DNA of 64,000 nucleotides, taken from assembly GCF_009914755.1 (NCBI RefSeq), contig NC_060945.1. The stretch is one strand, 5' to 3'. Shown one piece after another: positions 35,801 to 49,100 of this stretch. Positions within the stretch are counted from its first letter, which is position 1. Every line of letters starts with the position of its first letter. The notes beneath the pieces were generated by a model. The model worked only from the letters and a program-made list of their open reading frames with translations, did not search any database and was not told the origin of the DNA. Both the position numbers and the translations under genes were made by a program. This DNA comes from the human T2T-CHM13v2.0 reference genome, Homo sapiens.

Positions 35801-38800
35801 TGCTCTATGAAAAGGTGTGTTCAACTCTATGAGTTGAATGCAAACATCACAATGTAGTTCCTTAGAATTCTTCTGTCTGGTTTTTATTTACATATATTTC
35901 CTTATCCACCATAGGCCTCATAGCTCTAAAAATGTCTGGTGCCGATTCTACAGAAAGAGTGTTTCAAACATGCTCTATCAAAAGAAAGATTCAACTCTGT
36001 GAGTTGAATGCACATATCACAAAGAATTTTCGGAGAATGCTTCCGTCTAGTGTTTATGTGAAGACATTCCCGTTTCCAAAGAAGGCCTCCAAGCGGTCCA
36101 AATATACATTTCCAGATTCTACAAAAAGAGTGTTTCAAAACTGCTCTATCAAAAGAAAGGTACAACTTTGTGAGTAGAATGCACACATCACAAAGAAGTT
36201 TCTGAGCATGCTTCTCTCTAGTTTTTATGTGAAGATATTTACTTTTCCACCTCAATGCTCTCAAATGTCCACTTGCAGATTCTACAAAAAGAGTGTTTCA
36301 AACATGCTCTATCAAAAGAAAGTTTCAACTCTTGGGGTTGAATGCACACATCACAAAGAAGTTTCTGAGAATGATTCTGCCTGTTTTTGTGTGAACATAT
36401 TCCCGTTTCCAACAAAGGTCTCAAAGCGTTTCAAATATCCACTTGCATATTCTACGAAAAGAGTGTTTCAAAACTGCTCTATGGAAAGGTATCTTCAACT
36501 CTGTGAGTTGAATGCAAACATCATAAAGAATTTTCTGAGAATTCTTCTCTCTTATTTTTATATGAAGATATAACCTTTTCCACCATAGGCCTCAAAGCTC
36601 TCCAAATGTCAACTTGCAGATTCTACAAAAAGAGTGTTTCAAAGCTGCTCTATCAAAAGAAAGGTTCGACTCTTTGAGTTTAATGCACGCATGACAAAGA
36701 AGTTTTTGAGAATGCTTCTGTCTAGTGTTTATGTGAAGACATTCCCGTTTCCAATGAAGGCTTCATAGCAGTCCAAATATCCACTTGCAGATTCTATAAA
36801 AAGAGTGTCTCAAAATTGCTCCAAGGGAAGGTACCTTCAATTCTGTGAGTTGAATGCAAACATCACAAAGACGTTTCTGAGAACGCTTCTGTCTAGTTTT
36901 TGTGTGAAGATATTTCCTTTTCCACCATAGGACTCAAAGCTCTACAAATGTCCACTTGCAGATACTAAGAAAAAAATGTTTCAAACCTGCTCTATGAAAA
37001 GAGAGGTTCATCTCTGTGAGTTGAATGCACACATCACAAAGAAGTTTCTGAGAACGTTTCTCTCTAGTTTTTATGTGAAGATACTTCCTTTTCCACCATA
37101 GGCCTCAAAGCTCTCCAAATGTCCACTTCAGATTCTACAAAATGAATGTTTCAAACATGCTCTATCAAAAGAAAGGTTCAACTCTGTGAGTTGAATGCAC
37201 ACATCACAAACAAGTTTATGAGAATGCTTCCGTCTAGTTTTTATGTGAAGATATATCCTTTTCCACCATAGGACTCAAAGAGCTCCAAATGTCCACTTGC
37301 AGATCCTGCAAAAAGAGTGTTTCAACCCTGCTCTATGAAAAGAAGGGTTCAATTCTGTGAGTTCAATGCATACATCAAAAGTAGTTTCTCAGAATGCTTC
37401 TGTCTAGTTTTTAATGTGAAGATATTCCCGTTTCCAATGAAGGCCTCAAAGCAGTCCAAACATCCACTTGCAGATTATAAGAAAAGAGTGTTTCAAAATT
37501 GCTCTATGAAAAAGGAGGTTTAACTCTGTGAGTTGAATGCAAACATCACAAAGAAGTTTCTGAAAATGCTTCTGTCTAGTTTTTATTTATAGATATTTCC
37601 TTTTCCACCATAGGCCTGAAAGCTCTCGAAATGTGCACTTGCAGATTCTACCAACAGAGTGTTTCAAAGCTGCTCTATCAAAAGAAAAGTTCAACTCTGT
37701 GAGTTAAGTGCACACATTACAAAGGGGTTTCTGAGAATGCTTCTTTCCACGTTTTATGTGAAGATAGTTCCTTTTCCACTATAGACCTCAAAACACTCCA
37801 AATGTCCACTTGCAGATTCTACAAAAAGATTGTTTCAAAGCTGCTCTATCAAAAGAAAGTTTCAAATCCGTATGTTCAATCCACACAGCACAAAGATGTT
37901 TCTGAGAAAGCTTCTGTCTAGTGATTATGTGAAGATACTCCAGTTTCCAAGGAAGGCCTCAAAGCTGTCCAAATATCCACCTGCAGATTCTACTAAAAGA
38001 GTGTTTCAAAACTGTTCTAAGATAAAGTCTGTTCAACTCCATGAGTTGACTACACACATCACAAAGTAGTCTTAGAGAATGCTTCTGTATACTTTTTATG
38101 TGAAGATATTTCCTTTTCCACCGTAGGCATCAAAGGGCTCGAATTGTCCACTTGTAGGTTCTGCAAAAGAGTGTTTCAAACCTGCTCTATAAAAACAAAG
38201 GTTCAACTCTGTGAGTTTAATTCGCACATAACAAAGAAGTTTCTCAGAATGCTTCTGTCTAGTTTTTATGTGAAGCTATTTCCTTTTCCACCATAGGCCT
38301 CAAAGCAGTTCAAATGTCAACTTGTAGATACAAAAAGAGTGTTTCAAAACTTCTCTATGAAAAGGAAAGTTTAACTCTGTAAGTTTAATGAAAACACCAC
38401 AAAGAAGTTTCTGAGAATGCTTCTGTCTAGTTTTTATGTGAAGATATTTCCTTTTCCACCATAGGCCTCAAATCGCTCCAAATGTCCACTTGCAGATTCT
38501 ACAAAGAGAGTGTTTCAAACCGGCTCTATCAAAGGAAAGGTTCAACTCTGTAATTTGAATGCACACATCACAAAGGAGTTTCTGAGAATGCTTCTCTCTA
38601 GTGTTTATGTGTAGATATTCCTGTTTCCAATGAAGGCCACAAAGCGGTCTAAATATCCACTTGCAGATTCTACAAAAAGTGTGTTTCCAAACTGCTCCAT
38701 AAAAATGTATGTTCAACTCTGTGAGTTAAATGCAAACATCCTGAAGAAGTTTCTGAGAATGCTTCTGTCTAGTTTTTGTGTGAAGATATTTCCTTTTCCA

Positions 38801-39610
38801 CCATATGCCTCAAAGCTCTCCAAATGTCAACTTGCAGATTCTACAAAAAGAGTGTTTCAAACCTGCTCTATCAAAAGAAAAGTTCAACTCTGTGAGTTGA
38901 ACCTCACTAAGAGGTTTCAGAGAATGCTTCTGTCTAATCTTTATGTGAAGGTATTCCCGTTTCCAACGAAGGCCTCAGAGCGGTCCAAATATCCACTTAC
39001 GAAGTCTACTAAAAGAGTGTTTCAAAACTGCTCTATGATAAGATATGTTCAAATCTGTGAGTTGAATGCAAACATCACAAAGAAGTTTCTGAGAATGCTT
39101 CTGTCTAGTTTTTATGTGAAGTTATTTCCTTTTCCACCATTGGCCTCAAAGCACTGCAAGTGTCCACTTGCAGATTCTACAAAAAGAGTATTTCAAACCT
39201 GCTCTATCAAAAGAAAGGTTCAACTCTCTGAGTTGAATGCACACTTCACAAAGAAGTTTCCGAGAATTCTTCTGTCTGGTTTTTATGTGAAAATATTTCC
39301 ATTTCCACCATAGGCCTCAGAGCGATCAAAATGTCCACTTGCAGATTATACAAAAACAGTGTCTCAAAACTGCTCTATCAAAAAGAAGGTTCAACTCTGT
39401 GAATTGAATGCACACATCACAAAGAAGTTTCTGAGAATGCTTCTGTCTAGTGTTTATGTGAAGGTATTCCCATTTCCCCTGAAGGCCTCAAAGCACTCCA
39501 AATATCCACTTGCAGATTCTACAAAAAGTGTGTTTCAAAATTGTTCTGTCAAGAGGAATGGTGAACTCTGTGAGTTGAATCACAAATCACAAAGAAGTTT
39601 CTGAGAATGC
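23826..39610 (-). repeat. Monomeric alpha satellite with irregular A/B-box alternation (SF5, R1/R2-type)
   Basis: A mix of gatattcccgtttccaacgaaggcc (B-type, often mutated) and gatatttccttttccaccataggcc (A-type) monomers, with no regular HOR period. The last B-type monomer lies near 39470. Confidence 0.8.
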
Positions 39611-42600
39611 TTCTGTCTAGTTTTTGTGTGATGATATTTCCTTTTCTAACATAGGCCTCAGAGCAGTCCAAGTATCCACTTGCAGATTCTACAAAAAGAG
39701 TGCTGCAAAACTGCTCTGACTAAAGGAATGTTCAACTCTTTGAGTTGAATGCACACATCACAAAGTAGTTTCTGTGAATGCTTCTATCTAGTTTCTGTGT
39801 GAACATATTTCCTTTTCTACCATAGGCCTCAAAGTGCTCCAAATATCCACCCGCAGATTCTACAAAAAGAGTGTTTCAAAACTGCTCTACCAAAAGGAAG
39901 TTTCAAGTCTCTGAGTTTAATGCACACAGCACAAAGAAGTTTCTCTGACTACTTCTGTGTTGTTTTTATTTAAAGATATTTCCTTTTCCAACACAGGGCC
40001 CAAAGGGCTCCAAATATCCACTTGCAGTTTCTTCAAAAAAGAGATTCTAAACTGACCAATCAAAAGATAGGTTCATCTCTGTGAGTTGAATGCATACATC
40101 ACAAAGCAGTTTCTCTGAATGGTTCTGTGTAGTTTTAATTAAAGATAATTCCTTTTCCACCATAGGGCACAAATGGCTCCAAATATCCACTTGTAGATTC
40201 TACAAAACCAGAGATTCAAAACTGCTCATTGAGAAGATAATTTCAACTCAGTGATTTGAATGTACACATCACGAAGAAGTTTCTTAGAATGCTTCTGTGC
40301 AGTTTTTATTGACGATATTTCCTTTTTCACCATAGGGCGCATAGGGCTCCAAATATCCTCTTGCAGAGTCTAGAAAAAGAGAAACTCTAAACTGCTCAAT
40401 CAACAGATAGGTTCAACTCTGTAAGTTGAATGCCCACATCACAAAGAAGTTTCTCAGAATGCTTCTGAGTAGTTTTTATGTGAAGGTGTTTCCTTTTCCA
40501 CAATAGGCCTCAAAGTTCTCCAAATATCCACTTGAAGATTCTACAAAAAAGGTGTTTCAAAACTGCGCAATGAAAAGAAAGGTTCAACCCTGTGAGATGA
40601 ATGCACATATCACAAAGAAGTTTCTCAGAATGCTTCTGTGTTGTTTTTATGTGAAGATATTTCCTTACCACTATGGGCCTCAGTGGGCTCCAAATATCCA
40701 CTTCCATATTCTACAAAAAGAGTGTTTCAAAACTGCTCAATCATGAGACAAAATTCATCCCTGTGAGATGAATTCACACGTCATGAAGTAGTTTCTCAGA
40801 ATGCTTCTGTGTAATTTTTATGTGAGGATATTTGCTTTTCCACAATAGGCCTCAAGGGGCTCCAAATATCCACCTGCAGATTCTGCAAAAAGAGAGGTTC
40901 AAAACTGCTCAATCAAAAGATACTTTCAACTCTGTGAGTTGAATGCACACATCACAAAGAAGTTTGTCTGAATGCTTCTGTGTAGTTTTTATTTCAAGAT
41001 TTTCCTTTTCCACCATAGGGCTCAAAGGGCTCCAAATATCCACTTGCAGATTCTACAAAAAGAGAGATTCAAAACTGCTCAATGAGAAGATAAGATCAAC
41101 TCTGTGAGTTGAATGCACACCTCACAAAGAAGTTTCTCAGAATGCTTCTGTGTAGTTTTTATGTGAAGATATTTCCTTTTCCACAATAGTCCTCAAAGCT
41201 CTCCAAACATCCACTAACAGATTCTGCAAAAAGAGAGATTCAAAACTGCTCAATCAAAAGGTTCAACTCTGTGAGTTGAATGCAAACATCACAAAGAAGT
41301 TTCTCAGAATGCTTCTGTGTAGTTTTTATGTGAACATATTTGATTTTCCACAGTAAGCCTCAAAAGGCTCCAAATATCCACCTGCAGATTCTGCAAAAAG
41401 AGGTATTCAAAACTGCTCAATCAAAAGATAGGATCAACTCTGTGAGTTGAATGTATATACCACAAAGAAGTTTCTCTGAATGGTTCTGCATAGTTTTATT
41501 TGCAGATATTTCCTTTTCCACAATAGGGTGAAAGGGCTCCAAACATCCACTTCCAGATTCTACAAAACAGAGATTGAAAACTACTCAATGAGAAGATAAG
41601 TTCAACTCAGTCAGTTGAATGCACACATCATGAAGAAGTTTCTTAGAATGCTTCTGTGTAGTTTTTATTGAAGATATTTCCTTTTCAACCATAGGGTGCA
41701 AAGGGCTCCAAATATCCACTTGCAGATTCTAGAAAAAGAGTGACTCTAAGTTGCTCAATCAAAAGATAGGTTCAACTCTGTGAGTTGAATGCCCATATCA
41801 CAAAGAAGTTTCTCAGAATGCTTCTGTGTAGTTTTTATGTGAAGATATTTCCTTTTCCACCATAGGCCTCAAAGCTCTCCCAATATCCACTTGCAGATTC
41901 TGCAAAGAGAGATTCAAAACTGCTCAATTGAAAGACAGGTTGAACTCTGTGAGTTGAATGCACACAGCACAAAGAAGTTTCTCAGAATGCTTCTCTGTAG
42001 TTCTTATGTGAACATAATTGATTTTCCACAGTAGGCCTCACAGCACTCCAAATTTCCACTTGCAGATTCTACAAAAAGAGAGATTCAAAACTGTTCAATC
42101 AAAAGATAGGTTCAACTCTGTGAGTTGAACGCATACATCGTGAAGAAGTTTCTCAGAATGCTTCTGTGTAGTTCTTATTTGAAGATATTTGGTTTTCCAC
42201 TGTAGGCCTCAAAGCGCTCCAAATATCCACTTGAAGATCCTACAAAAAGAGTGTTTCAAAACTGCTCAATCATAACCTAGGTTCAACCCTGTGAGATGAA
42301 TGCACACATCACAAAGCAGTTTCTCTGAGTGATTCTGTATAGTTTTTATTTGAGGATATTTCCTTTTCCATCATAGGGTGCAAAGGGCTCCAAATATCCA
42401 CGTGGATATTCTACCAAAAGATAAATTCAAAAATTGCTCAATGAGAAGATAAGTTCAACTCTGTGAGTTGAATGCACACCTCACAAAGTAGTTTCTCACA
42501 ATGCTTCTGCATAGTTTTTATGTGAAGATATTTGCTTTTCCACTGTAGGCCTCAAAGGGCTCGAAATATCCACCTTCAGATAGTGCAAAAAGAGAGATTC

Positions 42601-43100
42601 AAAACTGCTCAATCAAAAGATAGCTTCAACTCTGTGAGTTGAGTGCACATATCACAAAGAAGTTTCTCTGAATGCTACTGCATAGTTTTTATTTCAAGAT
42701 ATTTCCTTTTCCAACATAGGGCGCAAAGGTCTTCAAATATCCACTTGCAGATTCTACAAAAAGAGAGATTGAAAACTCCTCAAAGAGAAGATAATTTCAA
42801 CTCTATGAGTTGAATGCACACCTCACAAAGTAGTTTCTCAGAATGCTTCTGTGTAGTTTTTACGTGAAGATATTTCCTTTTCCACAATAGGCCTCAAAGC
42901 TTTCCAAACATACACTTGTAGTTTCTGCAAAAAGAGAGATTCAAAACTGCTCAATCAAAACGTAGTTTCAACTCTGTGAGTTGAATGCAAACATCACTAT
43001 GGTGTTTCTCAGAATGTTTCTGAGTAGTTTTTATGTGAAGGTATTTCCTTTTCCACAATAGGCCTCAAAAGGCTCCAAATATCCACTTGCAGATTCCACG
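39611..43100 (-). repeat. A-box-only monomeric alpha satellite, sub-layer 1 (older SF4+/M1-type)
   Basis: No CENP-B-type boxes. Distinct signature: ctgtgtagt, gggctccaaatatcc, agagattcaaaac, aaagataggttc. Confidence 0.78.
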
Positions 43101-46100
43101 AAGAGAGTGTTCCAAAACTGCTCAATCAAAAGAAAGTTTCAACTCTGTGAGATGAATGCACACATCGCAAAGGAGTTTCTGAAATTTCTTCCTTCTAGAT
43201 TTTATGTGAAGATATTTCCTTTTCTATCATAGGCCGCAAAGCGCTCCAAATGTCCACTTGCCGATTCTACAAAAAGGGTATTTCCAAACTACACAATCAA
43301 AAGAAAGTTTCAACTCTGTTAGCTCAACGTACACATCATAAAAAAGATTATCAGAATTCTTCTGTTTTTTTGTGTGAAGATATTTCCTTTTCCAACTTAA
43401 GCCTCAAGGTGCTTGAAATGTCCCCTTGCAGATTCTCCAAAAAGAGTATTTGAAAACTGGTTCTCCTAAAGAAAGTTGGAACTCCAGGGGATGAATGCAG
43501 ACATCACACAGAACTTTCTCAGAATGCTTCTATCTACTTTTTATGTGAAGATATTTCCTTCTCCACCACAGGCCTCAAAGCCCTGCCAAATGTCCACTTG
43601 CAGATCCTACAAAAAGAGAGTTTCCAATCTGCTCAATCAAAAGAAAGGTTTAACTCCGTGAGATTAATGCACGCATCACAAAGAAGTTTCTCAGATTGCT
43701 TCTGTCTAGATTTTATGTGAAGATATTTCCTTTTCTACCATTGGCCGCAAAGAGTTCCAAATGTCCACTTGCAGATTCTACAAAAAGAGTGTTTCCAAAC
43801 TACTTAATGAAAAGAAACGTTCAACTCCGTGAGATGAACACACTCATCACAAAGAAGTTTCTCAGAATTCTTCTAATTTTTATGTGAAGATATTTCCTGT
43901 TCCACCATAGGCCTGAAGACACTCTAAATGTCCGCTTGCAGATTCTACAAAAAGAGAGTTTCAAAACTGCTCAATCAAAAGGAAGGGTTATCTCTGTGAG
44001 ATGAATGCATATATCACAAACAAGTTTCTCATATTTCTTCTGTCTAGATTTTACGTGAAGATATTTACTTTTCTACCATAGACCGCAAATCGCTCCAAAT
44101 GTCCACTTGCAGACTCTACAAGAAATAGTGGTACCAAACTGCTCAATTGAAAGAACGGTTCCACTCTGTGAGAAGAACGCACACATCACAAAGAAGTTTG
44201 TCAGAATTCTTCTTTCTAGTTTTTATGTGAAGATATTTCCTTTTCCACCATAGGCCTCAAAGCGTTCAAAATGTCCACTTGCAGATTCTACAAAAAGAGA
44301 GTTTCAAAACTGCTGAATCAAAAGAAAGTTTAAACTCTGTGAGATGAATGCACCCATCACTAAGAAGTTTCTCCGATTGTTTCTCTCTAGATTTTATGTG
44401 AAGGTATTACTTTTTCTACCATAGGTCGCAAAGCGCTTCAAATATCCATTTGCAGATTCTACAAAAAAGAGTGTTTCCAAACTGCTCAATCAAAAGAAAG
44501 GTTCAAGTCTGTGAGATGAATGCACACATTCCCAAGAAGTTTGTCAGAATTCTTCTGTCTAGTTTTTATGTGAAGATATTACCTTTTCCACCATAGGCCT
44601 CAAAGCGCTCCAAATGTCCACTTGCAGATTCTACGAAAAGAGAGTTTCAAAACTGCTCAATCAAAAGAAAGGTTTAACTCTGTGAGATGAATGCACACAT
44701 CACAAAGAAGTTTCTCAGATTGTTTCTGTCTAGATTTTATGTGAAGATATTTCTGTTTCAACAATAGGCCGCAAAGCGTTGCAAATGTCCACTTGCAGAT
44801 TCTACAAAAAGAGTGTTTCCAAACTGCTCAATCAAAAGAAAATTTCAGCTTTGTGAGATGAACGCACACATCACAAAGAAGATTATCAGAATTCTTCTGT
44901 CTAGTTTTTATGTGAAGCTATTTCCTTTTCCACCATAGGCCTCTAAACGCTCCAAATGTCCACTTCGAGATTCTACAAAAAGAGTGTTTCCAAACTGCTC
45001 AATCAAAAGAAAAGTTTAACTCTGTGAGATGAATGCACACATCACAAATAAGTTTCTCAGATGGGTTCTGTCTAGATTTTATGTGAAGATATTTCCTTTT
45101 CTACCATATGCCACATAGTTCTCCAAATGTCCACTTGCATATTCTACAGAAAGAGTGTTTCCAAACTGTTCAATCAAAAGATAGGTTCAAATCTGTGACA
45201 TGAATGCACACGTCCCAAAGAAGTTTCTCAGAATTCTTCTGTCTAGTTTTTATGTGCAGATATTTCCTTTTCCACTGTTGGCCTCAAAGAACTCCAAATA
45301 TCCACTAGCAGATTCTACAAAAACAGAACTTCAATACTGCTCAATCAGAAGAAAAGTTTAACTCCATGAGATGAATGCACACATCACAAAGAAGTTTCTC
45401 AGATTTCTTCTGTCTAGACTTTATGTGAAGATATTTCCTTTTCTACTACTGGACTCAAAGCGCTCCGAATGTGCACTTGCAGATTCTACAAAAGAGTGTT
45501 TCCAACCTGCTGTATCAAAAGAAAGTTTCAACTATGGGGGATGAAAGCACGCATCACAAAGAAGTTTTTCAGAATTCTTCTGTCTAGTTTTTATGTGAAG
45601 AGGTTTCCTTTTCTACCACAGGCCTAAAAGGGCTCGAAATGTCCACTTGCAGATACTACAAAAAGAGAGTTTCAAAACTGCTCAATAAAAAGAAAGGTTT
45701 AACTCTGTGAGATGAATGCACACATCACAAAGAAGTTTGTCAGATTGCTTCTGTCTAGATTTTATGTGAAGATATTTCCTTTTCTACCAAAGGCCGCAAA
45801 GCGCTAAAATTGTGCACATGTAGATTCTACAAAAAGAGTGTTTCCAAACAGCCCAATGAAAAGAAACTTTCAACTCTGTGTGATGAATGCACGCATCACA
45901 AAGTGATTTCATAGTATTCTTCTGTCTAGTTTTTATGTGAAGATATTTCCTTTTCCACCACAGTTCTCAAAGAGCTTCAAATGTCCACTTGCAGATTGTT
46001 CAAAAAGTGTGTTTCCAAACTGCTCGATCAAAAAAAGCTTAACTCTGTGAGATGAACACACACGTCACATAGATATTTCTCAGATTTCTTCTGTCTAGTT

Positions 46101-49100
46101 TTTATGTGAATGTATTTCATTTTCCACGGTAGGCCTCAAGGGGCTTGAAATGTCCACTTGCAGATTCCACAAAAAGAGTAATAAATAACTGGCCCATCAA
46201 AAGAAAGGTTCAAATCTGGGAGATGAATGCACATATCACAAAGTAGTTTCTCATATTGATTCTATCTAATTTTTATGTGAATATATTTCCTTTTCCACCA
46301 TAGGTCTCAAACCGCTCCAAATGTTCACTTGCAGAATCTACAAAAAGAGAGTTTCAAAACTGCTCAATCAAAAGAGAGGTTTAACTCTGTGAGATGAGCG
46401 TGCGCATCACAAAGAAGTTTCCCAGATTGCTTCTGTGTAGATTTTATGTCAAGATATTTCCTTTTCTACCATTGGCTGCAAAGTGCTCCAAATGTCCACT
46501 TGCAGATTCTACAAAAACAGTGTTTTCAAAAGGCTCAATAAAAAGAAAGGTTCAACTCTGTGAGATGAACGCACACATCACAAAGGAGTTTCTCAGAATT
46601 CTTCTGTCTAGTTTTTATGTGAAGATATTTCCTTTTCCACCAAGAGCCTGAAAGAGCTCCAAATGCCCAATTTCAGATTCAACAAAAAGAGAGATTCAGA
46701 ACTACTCAATCAAAGGAAAGTTTTAACTCTGAGAGATAAATGCACACATCAAAAAGAAGTTTCTGAGATTGCTTCTGTCTAGATTTAATGTGAAGATATT
46801 TCCTTTTCTACCATAGGCCACAAAGTGCACCAAATGTCCACTTGCAGATTCTACAAAAAGAGTGTTTCCAAACTGCTCAATCAAAAGAAAGGTTCAACTC
46901 TGTGAGATGAATGCACACATCAGAAAGAAGTTTCTCAGATTGCTTCTGTCTAGATTTTATGTGAAGATATTCCCTGTTCTACAATAGGCTGCAAAGCGCT
47001 CCTAATTTCCACTTGCCGATTCTATAAATAGAGTGTTTCCAAACTGCTCAATCAATAGAAAGTTTCAACTCTGTGAGATGAACGCACACATCACAAAGAA
47101 GTTTCTCAGATTGCTTCTGTCTAGATTTTATGTGAAGATATTTCTTTTTTCTACCATAGGCCTCAAAGCGCTCCAAATATCCACTTGCACATTCTACAAA
47201 AAGAGTGTTTTCAGACAGCTCAATCCAAACAAAAATTCAACTCTGTGAGATGAACGCACACATCAGAAAGAAGTTTCTCAAAATGCTTCTATCTAGTTTT
47301 TATGTGAAGATATTTCCTTTTCCACCATAGGCCTCAAAGAACTCCAAATGTCCATTTGCAGATTCTACAAAAAGAGAGTTTCAAAACTGCTCCATCAAAA
47401 GAAAGGTTTTACTCTGTGAAATGAATTCACACATCACAAAGAAGTTTCTCAGATTGCTTCTGTCTAGTTCTTAGGTGAAGATATTTCCTTTTCCACCACA
47501 GGCCTTAAAGCGCTCCAAATGTCCACTTGCAGATTCTACAAAAAGAGAGTTTGAAAACTGCTCAATCAAAAGAAAGTTTTAACTCTTTGAGATGAAAGGA
47601 CACACCACAAAGAAGTATCTCAGATTGCTTCTGTCTAGATTTTATGTGAAGACATTTTCTATTCTAACATAGGCTGCAAAGAGCTCTAAATATCCACTTG
47701 CAGATCCTTCAAAAACAGTATTTCCATACTGCTCAATGAAAAGAATGATTCAACACTGCAAGATGAAGGCACGCATCACAAGGAAGGTTCTCAGAATTCT
47801 TCAGTCTGGTTTTTATGTGAAGATAATTGCCTTTTCCAACATAGGCTTCAAAGGCCTCCAAATGTCAACTTGCAGATTCTCCAAAAAGAGACTTTCAAAG
47901 CCGCTCAGTCAAAAAATGTTTAATTCTGTGAGTTAAATTCACACGTCACAAAGAATTTTCTCAAATTTCTTCTTTCTAGATTTTATCTGAAGATATTTCC
48001 TTTTCCAGCATGGGCCTCAAAGTGTTCCAACTGTCCACTTGCAGATTCTGCAAAAAGAGAGTTTCAAAACTGCTCAATCAAAAGAAAGGTTTACCTCTTT
48101 GAGATGAGTACACACATAACAAAGAAGTTTCTCAGATTGCTTCTGTCTAGATTTTATGTGAAGATATTTCCTTTTCTACTATAGGCCACAAAGTGCTGAA
48201 CATGTCCACTTGCAGATTCTACAAAAAAAAATTTTCCAAACTGCTCAATCAAAAGAAAGGTTCAACTCTGTGAGATGAACGCACACATTTCAAAGAAGTT
48301 TCTCAGAATTCTTCTGTCTAGCTTTTATGTGAAGATACTTCATTTTCCACCACAGGCCTCAAGGCGCTTGAAATGTCCACATGCAGATTCCACAAAAAGA
48401 GTATTTCAAAACTGGTCCATCAGAGGAAAGGTACAGACAGCTCTGTTGAATGAATGCACCCTAAAAAGAATTTTCTCAGATTGCTTCTGTCTAGATTTTA
48501 TGTGAATATATTCCCTTTTCTACCATAGGCCGCAAAGCGTTCCAAATGTCCACTTACAGATACTACAAAAAGAGTGTTTTCAAACTGCTCAATCAAAAGA
48601 AAGGTTGAACTCTGTGAGATGAACCCAAACATCACAAAGAAGTTTCTCAGAATTCTTCTGTCTAGTTGTTACTTGAAGATGTTTCCTTTTCCAACATAGA
48701 AGTTTTTCAGATTGCTTCTCTCTAGATTTTATGTGAAGATATTTCTTTTTCCACCGTAGGCCTCAATGCATTCCAAATGTCAACTTGCAGATTCTACAAA
48801 AAGAGAGTTTCAAAACTGCTCAAAAAAAGAAAGATTTAACTCTGTGAGATGAACACTGCTTCTGTCTAGATTTTATCTGAAGACATTTCCTGTTCTACCA
48901 TAGGTCGCAAAGCACTCCAAATTTCCACTTGCCGATTCCACAAAAAGAGGGTCTCCAAACAGCTCAATGAAAAGAAAGTTTCAACTCTGTGAGATGAAAG
49001 GACACATCACAAGGAAGTTTCTCAGATTGCTTCTGTCTAGATTTTATATGAAGATATTTCTTTTTTCTAACATAGGCTGCAAAGCGTTCCAAATGTCCAC

